Shown: in pieces, positions 56,535 to 61,423 of the stretch
Position numbering within the stretch: the stretch's first letter is position 1
How the letters are laid out: every line of letters begins with the position of its first letter
Virus record (IMG/VR): IMGVR_UViG_3300037423_001240
Coordinates: 1 to 61,423 of that record
DNA: 61,423 bases
Source of the DNA: a virus
Taxonomy: Duplodnaviria; Caudoviricetes
Strand: one strand, 5' to 3'
Notes under the pieces: model-generated
Told to the model about the DNA's origin: nothing
The model's database searches: none
The model's input: the letters and a program-made list of their open reading frames with translations, nothing else
Translations under genes and position numbers: made by a program

Positions 56535-57935
56535 CTATTCGTACGACTCGGTCCACTCGCGTGGGGCTACGGACGCTGCATTCCAGGCATACGCCGTGGC
56601 GTCGACCTGATCGTCGGTGCCGCCTTCGACGCCGGTGAACTTCGAAAACTCGTGGAGGTAATCGTCGAGCCAGGGAGAGCGGAGCGGGACACGCACGCGC
56701 CCTTCATTCCACGCGCCTGCTAGTGGCTGGGCTCGGATGAACTTCGACGCGAACGGCGCGACCTCGGTGATGATGAGGCGCTGGTTCGACGTGCGCAGTG
56801 CTCTGGCAATCGCCTTGCCGTCGCGGCTCGCTTCGATCGTCAGCGGTGCGCCCCACTTGCGCTGGAGCGCTTCCAGTTCGTCGGCGATGGCTTTGGTCTC
56901 ACCGTGCCGTCGGATGACATCGATGACGTCTGCGGTAGCTTCCGCGCCGATGCCTTGAACCGCGAGCACGACGGCCGCGGTGTGGTTCGAACTTGCAGCC
57001 TCGCTGCCAGCCGGGTCGCATCCGATCACGATGCGCGCTCCGGCAATCGCAGGCTCTTCGTAACGAGCGGGCGTCCTGAAGACCTCGCCGCCTTTCGGGA
57101 CAGGTCTCCCGAGATACAGCGCCGCCCAGTCGTAGGCGCCGACTCCTCGCCGCTTCCGCTCCAGTGCATCCAGCGGCCATCGCTCGGGCCACAGCGCGTT
57201 GCCGTGCTCGTCGATTGCCGGGAGGTTGACCTCTTCGTAACCGAGTTCGCTAAGACAGAAACCAGTCAGGTCACGCTCGTGCCACCGGGTGTGATTCGGA
57301 AGGATCGATCCGTTCGGTTCGACGCGGGTGTTCGCGACGCTCTGAAACCACTCGATGACACGAGAGCGAATCAGCGGCGACTCGGCGTCTTGGCGATCAC
57401 TGTAGGGATCGTCGATGAACAGAACGTTGACGCCCTGCCCGGTCCACGAGCCCATGACGCCAGCGGCGAGCATTCCGCCGCCTTCAACTGTCCGCCACTC
57501 GTGGACGCTGTTCGTGTCGCCGCGAAGTTTGATCCCGGCTCGGATCGCGTAGTCGCGTGCGAGGCGCGACTTGCTCCATGCGACCGAAGCCGAGTGACTC
57601 GCATACCCGATCGTCCAGTGCGGTCGGCGCTGGAGGATGTACGGGACAGCGTGGAGGATCAGCTCCGTCTTGCCGTGTCGCGGCGGTGCGTTGAAGCACG
57701 CAGTGACGGGCTCGCGTAAGACTCGCTCGATCGTCGCAGCAATGCGACCTAGGTGACTCGGCCTCGAGTAGTTGGGGCTCGTCCGAACAACGAAGTCGAG
57801 GATCGATTCGGATGCGCGCTCGTGAGCAGCGATCGCGGCTGCGATCTCCGCGCGTTCACTCTCGCTCAGCCTCGCCAGTTGTGCCGGTGTCAGCTTCGCC
57901 AGTGACACGAGCCACGAGGGCGGCGGCGCGTTCAT
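56535..57935 (-). CDS. terL: Terminase large subunit
   Basis: PPRHGKT Walker A, FIDDP Walker B, TRWH..D, DPA, DDQVDA. Confidence 0.95.
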   Translation of the reverse strand: MNAPPPSWLVSLAKLTPAQLARLSESERAEIAAAIAAHERASESILDFVVRTSPNYSRPSHLGRIAATIERVLREPVTACFNAPPRHGKTELILHAVPYILQRRPHWTIGYASHSASVAWSKSRLARDYAIRAGIKLRGDTNSVHEWRTVEGGGMLAAGVMGSWTGQGVNVLFIDDPYSDRQDAESPLIRSRVIEWFQSVANTRVEPNGSILPNHTRWHERDLTGFCLSELGYEEVNLPAIDEHGNALWPERWPLDALERKRRGVGAYDWAALYLGRPVPKGGEVFRTPARYEEPAIAGARIVIGCDPAGSEAASSNHTAAVVLAVQGIGAEATADVIDVIRRHGETKAIADELEALQRKWGAPLTIEASRDGKAIARALRTSNQRLIITEVAPFASKFIRAQPLAGAWNEGRVRVPLRSPWLDDYLHEFSKFTGVEGGTDDQVDATAYAWNAASVAPREWTESYE

Positions 57936-58305
57936 GCAGTGCCTTGGGGTCGGTGGTCATCGAGCCGCTGTGCTCAATCTTCTGCGGTGCCATCGCACCG
58001 TGGATCTCGGCGAGCTTCGACGCCGCAGCGACCATCGCACTCGACTGCGGCCCCTTCTCGGTGCCGATCTCGGCGAGGTCGTAAGCGTGGAGGAGCAGCG
58101 CCGACACCTTCGCGCGCCACGCATCCACATCGGTCGACGGGGTCATCGCGGCGATGCGCTTGCGCGCTCGAGCGAGGTAGTTGCTCGCCTGCCGCTTCGA
58201 CACGCTGAACTCAGCGCACAGCGTCTTGATGATGTCGCGGTCGGTCTTCGACGAGAGGTACAGCTCTTCGGCCCGCTCGATCCGTCCGTGCGGGATGGTT
58301 CTCAT
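57856..58305 (-). CDS. Terminase small subunit
   Basis: HTH N-terminus, KIEHSG motif, upstream of terL. Confidence 0.7.
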   Translation of the reverse strand: MRTIPHGRIERAEELYLSSKTDRDIIKTLCAEFSVSKRQASNYLARARKRIAAMTPSTDVDAWRAKVSALLLHAYDLAEIGTEKGPQSSAMVAAASKLAEIHGAMAPQKIEHSGSMTTDPKALHERAAALVARVTGEADTGTTGEAERE

Positions 58306-58355
58306 ATGATTCTATGCGCGCGCGAGCACTACTCGGCACTCTGCGGCGCGCTCCT

Positions 58356-58598
58356 TCAACTTCGTCTCGCCTGCCGCCTCACCACCGCATCGAACTCGGC
58401 GATGGAGCGGAGGATGTGAACGGGGAGGCCAGGGCCAGCGCAGTAGGTGGCAGAGCCTTCGGCGCCGCTTCGATCCGTACAGCTCTCGCACTGCCAGTCT
58501 TCATGGGCGGCGCAGACTCCGTAGATCAGCGCGCCGATGCCGTTGCGCTCTGCGTCGCGGCGGGACTTCTGGGTATCAATCGCGGGGCGTTTGGACAT
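58356..58598 (-). CDS. Hypothetical protein
   Basis: TGATG-coupled; Cys motifs. Confidence 0.45.
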   Translation of the reverse strand: MSKRPAIDTQKSRRDAERNGIGALIYGVCAAHEDWQCESCTDRSGAEGSATYCAGPGLPVHILRSIAEFDAVVRRQARRS

Positions 58599-58948
58599 CA
58601 GGTCGCGTTCTTCCCGCAGGTGTTGCGGTACCAGCGCACGACCGGCCGTGAGCACAGCCACGCTTCGGTCTGCACATCTTCGGCTGTCGCAGCGCGAAGC
58701 CCGTAGTTCACCGGATCGCCGATGTTGACGGCTGCACGCTGCATCCATCCGAGCGCTAGTGCCGACTCGCGCGGCACGATGGCGCCACATCCGACGCACA
58801 CCGCGTTCGCCGGGTCCTGTGCAGGACCGTCGGTGTTCAGCTTCGACCAGTCGCCCATGAGGCACGCGGGCCGGTCTTCATCCACACGCCACGTCACTGC
58901 GCCTTGCTCCGCTTCCGACTCGCCCTTCGCATGATCGTGCGTGCGCAT
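58598..58948 (-). CDS. Hypothetical protein
   Basis: CVGCG..GW; start uncertain. Confidence 0.45.
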   Translation of the reverse strand: MRTHDHAKGESEAEQGAVTWRVDEDRPACLMGDWSKLNTDGPAQDPANAVCVGCGAIVPRESALALGWMQRAAVNIGDPVNYGLRAATAEDVQTEAWLCSRPVVRWYRNTCGKNAT

Positions 58949-59097
58949 GCGGCGAGTGCGCGGCGGGTGGCGCGGTTCAGGCCGACGCCCGACATCCACC
59001 GGGCGAGGAGGGAGCTGTGATGCGCTTCGAAGTTCATGCGATGCCTTTCGGTGCGGACATGCCCTCGGCGCCGATCCGTTCGCGTTTAGTGATGCGA

Positions 59098-59291
59098 TCT
59101 GCCCACGCGTGTAACGGGTACGAGCTGCGGGGCTTCGCAGCTTCCGGCCGGAGATGCGGGACTTGCGCCCATGCGGTCAGGGCGGAAACCGGTGCGCCAG
59201 AATCGGATTGAATGCGTCCCGATCGCGGCTCGGGACCGGCCGTATGCAGTAGGGCGGAGGAGAGGAGCGCCCGGCTGCGAGGTGGGGCAGA
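59098..59291 (+). ncRNA. Candidate structured RNA
   Basis: Closing stem plus several internal hairpins in an intergenic gap; G-U pairs favour the + strand. Confidence 0.35.
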
Positions 59292-59425
59292 CGGCAGATG
59301 AAGACGCGGTGCTGGGAACTGCTGGCGACGATCGAACGCGGTTCGTCGAGGTCTCGCCCGGAGGCGGACAGATATTTCGTGTGCGTTCGTTGTGTGCGTC
59401 AGCAGATCGCAGAGCCGCGATTCAG

Positions 59426-59638
59426 CTATGCCGCCCGTGCTCGCCCATCCGCCTCACGGATGTCGAGTTGCCGCTGGATGAAGGCTTCCAAGTGCGCGAG
59501 GGTGAATCGACGCTGCGCGCCAGGAGCAGCCTGGATGCACTGCATGATGCCCTCATCGCAATAGCGACGGATCGTGTTGGGATGGATACCCAGGATCTTC
59601 GCCGCCATGTCGATTCGGAACGTCTGTACCCCGCTCAT
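59426..59638 (-). CDS. MerR/Xis-like HTH DNA-binding protein
   Basis: AAKILGIHPNTIRRY..G..PG.QRRF. Confidence 0.8.
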   Translation of the reverse strand: MSGVQTFRIDMAAKILGIHPNTIRRYCDEGIMQCIQAAPGAQRRFTLAHLEAFIQRQLDIREADGRARAA

Positions 59639-59680
59639 CGGACGCACCTCGGCCAGTGGTTAACACCCTTATGCGCTACC

Positions 59681-60475
59681 TCACTGACGGGTGCGAGTGA
59701 GGTTTTGTGAGGGTTTGTTTCTTTTCGCCCTCCGCTCGGCAAATTCGTCTAGGGCGGTGGTGGCGTTCTTGAGCCCCGCGATCATCCGCTGGATGTACTG
59801 CGCGCGTGCTTTCGCAGGCGGTTCGGGTACGACAGGCACAGGCGGGTGCGGACACGGATCGGACCATTCGTCTTTGTTGTACGCGTCGACTGCGCACCCG
59901 ATGATCGCGTTGCCGAGTCCAACGACGGCGAATGCTTCCGGGGTGTCTGTCTTGGCGTGCCGCTTCACCCATGCGAGCTGCCGCGCCTTCTGATCTGCCG
60001 TCGCGAATCGGTCGTGCACACGGCTCGCGAGCGCGTCGGTGTTGTTCAGATTGCTCCCACGCGTGCCGTACGCGAACCACAGCACGTCGGCGAACAATGC
60101 CCCCATCGGCTTCTCACGCATAGCTGCGAGGTGCTTCCGTGCACACGACTGCCGCACGAGTCGCCGGTCTTCGCGCGCCTCGCGATCGACCTCCGGTTCC
60201 CACCGATTCGGCATGTCGCCACCACCGGGCACCCATGCGAGCGCGGCCATATCTTCGATGGCGTTCGGCGTCCACTTCCACCCTGCGAGTGTCGGCCATT
60301 CGATAGGTGCCAACGGCGGCGGCGGGTCGGGCGCGTAGCGGGGTGGTGGCATCGGCGGGTCTGGTGCTCGGCGCGGTTCCACATGCCACTGCGTTCCGCA
60401 TCCGCACGTCACGGTGCGCCCTCGGTCTGCGTTCGCCAGCGCGGCCCACGCGCGGCAGTCTCGACACTCGCTCAT
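59681..60475 (-). CDS. Hypothetical protein at the late-regulator position
   Basis: ATGA-coupled; zinc motif plus Pro-rich linker. Confidence 0.6.
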   Translation of the reverse strand: MSECRDCRAWAALANADRGRTVTCGCGTQWHVEPRRAPDPPMPPPRYAPDPPPPLAPIEWPTLAGWKWTPNAIEDMAALAWVPGGGDMPNRWEPEVDREAREDRRLVRQSCARKHLAAMREKPMGALFADVLWFAYGTRGSNLNNTDALASRVHDRFATADQKARQLAWVKRHAKTDTPEAFAVVGLGNAIIGCAVDAYNKDEWSDPCPHPPVPVVPEPPAKARAQYIQRMIAGLKNATTALDEFAERRAKRNKPSQNLTRTRQ

Positions 60476-60684
60476 CGGATCACCACAGCCGGACGCGACC
60501 AGTAATCGCTCCGGTCCTTCTCGGTAACGCACACCCCACCGTGCCCGCCCGTCAGCACCGGCACGACCTCTTCGGCCTCCGGCGCGAGGGTCACGTCGCG
60601 TTCGAAGTCGAGGTCATCGAACACGAACACCTTCGCGTCGTGCGGGAACCGCCTCAGCGCTTCGATCAGTTCGGCGACGGTCAT
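60472..60684 (-). CDS. Small phage protein (MTVAELIEAL..P.DAKV)
   Basis: Coupled; paralogue of the next gene. Confidence 0.7.
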   Translation of the reverse strand: MTVAELIEALRRFPHDAKVFVFDDLDFERDVTLAPEAEEVVPVLTGGHGGVCVTEKDRSDYWSRPAVVIR

Positions 60685-60878
60685 TGCGAGTACCACAGCC
60701 GCACGGCCGCCCCCGGTGCCCGCACGTTCGTGTCTTCGGGGTCGATGTCGAGGTCCGACACGTTCACCGCTTGTACCGACGTCACGTCGAAGTCGTATCC
60801 GGTCTCGTGATCGCTCACGAACACCTTCGCATCATCCGGCACGTCCCGCATCGCTTCGATCAACTCAGCCTTCGTCAT
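60681..60878 (-). CDS. Small phage protein (MTKAELIEAM..P.DAKV)
   Basis: Coupled; paralogue of the previous gene. Confidence 0.7.
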   Translation of the reverse strand: MTKAELIEAMRDVPDDAKVFVSDHETGYDFDVTSVQAVNVSDLDIDPEDTNVRAPGAAVRLWYSQ

Positions 60879-61111
60879 CCGCCACCCCACGCGTAGAAGC
60901 CCATCGGGCCATCAATATCGAACTCTTCGTAGACCGACTCGGCGAGCATGCGCTTCGCGAGGTATTCGCTCATGGGCACATCGCCCTCGTCACGAGCCGC
61001 CGTAAGTGCCTCCTCCGGCGTGCGTCCGATCGCGACGAGAAGCCCGTTGGAGTAGTCGGTCAGCGGGCTCTCGCCACGCCATACGTACAGCTTCAGATCG
61101 CCCTTCGTCAT
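60875..61111 (-). CDS. Hypothetical protein
   Basis: ATGA-coupled; RBS GAGGGG. Confidence 0.6.
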   Translation of the reverse strand: MTKGDLKLYVWRGESPLTDYSNGLLVAIGRTPEEALTAARDEGDVPMSEYLAKRMLAESVYEEFDIDGPMGFYAWGGG

Positions 61112-61404
61112 GTCCCCTCGCCTCCCCGCCGTCGTTCCCTCACCACCCGCAGCAACTCCAGTATCTCGGTGAACGCGTGGATGTGCGCGTCGATGTCGAC
61201 GTCTGTTTCGCTGGCACGCCCTGTGAGCACCTCGCCGACGTTCGCGTTCCAATACGCACGCGCGCTCTCCCTCATCATGCAGCACACGGCATCGCTCCAC
61301 GCGTTGTCCTTCGCGTGTTTCGCGGCGACCATGCACGCGGCGGCTTCGTCGGCGGTGATGAGCTGGGTGGCGCAGGGCGTGCCGTCGGAGTTGTAGGTGG
61401 TCAT
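61108..61404 (-). CDS. Hypothetical protein
   Basis: ATGA-coupled across the circular junction. Confidence 0.6.
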   Translation of the reverse strand: MTTYNSDGTPCATQLITADEAAACMVAAKHAKDNAWSDAVCCMMRESARAYWNANVGEVLTGRASETDVDIDAHIHAFTEILELLRVVRERRRGGEGT

Positions 61405-61423
61405 GTGCCACCACCAATCCAGC
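61299..61423 (+). repeat. Terminal direct repeat, copy 2
   Basis: Identical to 1-125. Confidence 0.95.

Larger units (their letters stand above)
1..61423. mobile_element. Complete temperate tailed phage genome (siphovirus-like), circular form
   Basis: Terminase, portal, capsid, tape measure, integrase/xis, intact attP, repressor and replication genes are all present; no host genes seen; ends overlap. Confidence 0.95.

Noticed and set aside
1-61423. Genome-wide stop codon reassignment
   Set aside because: Conserved genes (dnaB, int, terL, methyltransferase) are uninterrupted in the standard code, and TGA, TAG and TAA all end genes.

Overview
The window is an apparently complete, circularly permuted, high-GC temperate tailed phage genome of about 61.3 kb. 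Positions 1-125 are repeated exactly at 61299-61423. Modules: (i) leftward early/replication arm (~12579 to 1, continuing 61404 to ~59400) with cro-like and CII-like regulators, C5 DNA methyltransferase, primase, DUF559 nuclease, replication initiator with an internal iteron array, DnaB and a RusA-like resolvase; (ii) immunity region (12596-14566) with an HTH repressor, ImmA/IrrE-like peptidase and palindromic operators; (iii) rightward early arm (14625-29788) with RecT-like annealase, PD-(D/E)XK exonuclease, many small ORFs, xis, tyrosine integrase and an attP matching a tmRNA 3' end; (iv) leftward late arm (~58300 to 29795) with terminase, portal, capsid, siphovirus-type tail genes with a -1 frameshift chaperone pair, a tRNA-Glu, a lysis cassette and a metallophosphoesterase/HslV-like protease operon. 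A Myxococcota host is inferred, not shown. Most unusual signals: six consecutive genes starting at cro held in one reading frame and separated only by TGA stops; 17 proteins ending in ssrA-like -AA, together with a phage Ntn protease and a tmRNA attachment site; a perfectly 10-bp-phased GTSAC array; and two candidate structured RNAs. All product calls come from motif recognition by eye; no searches were run.
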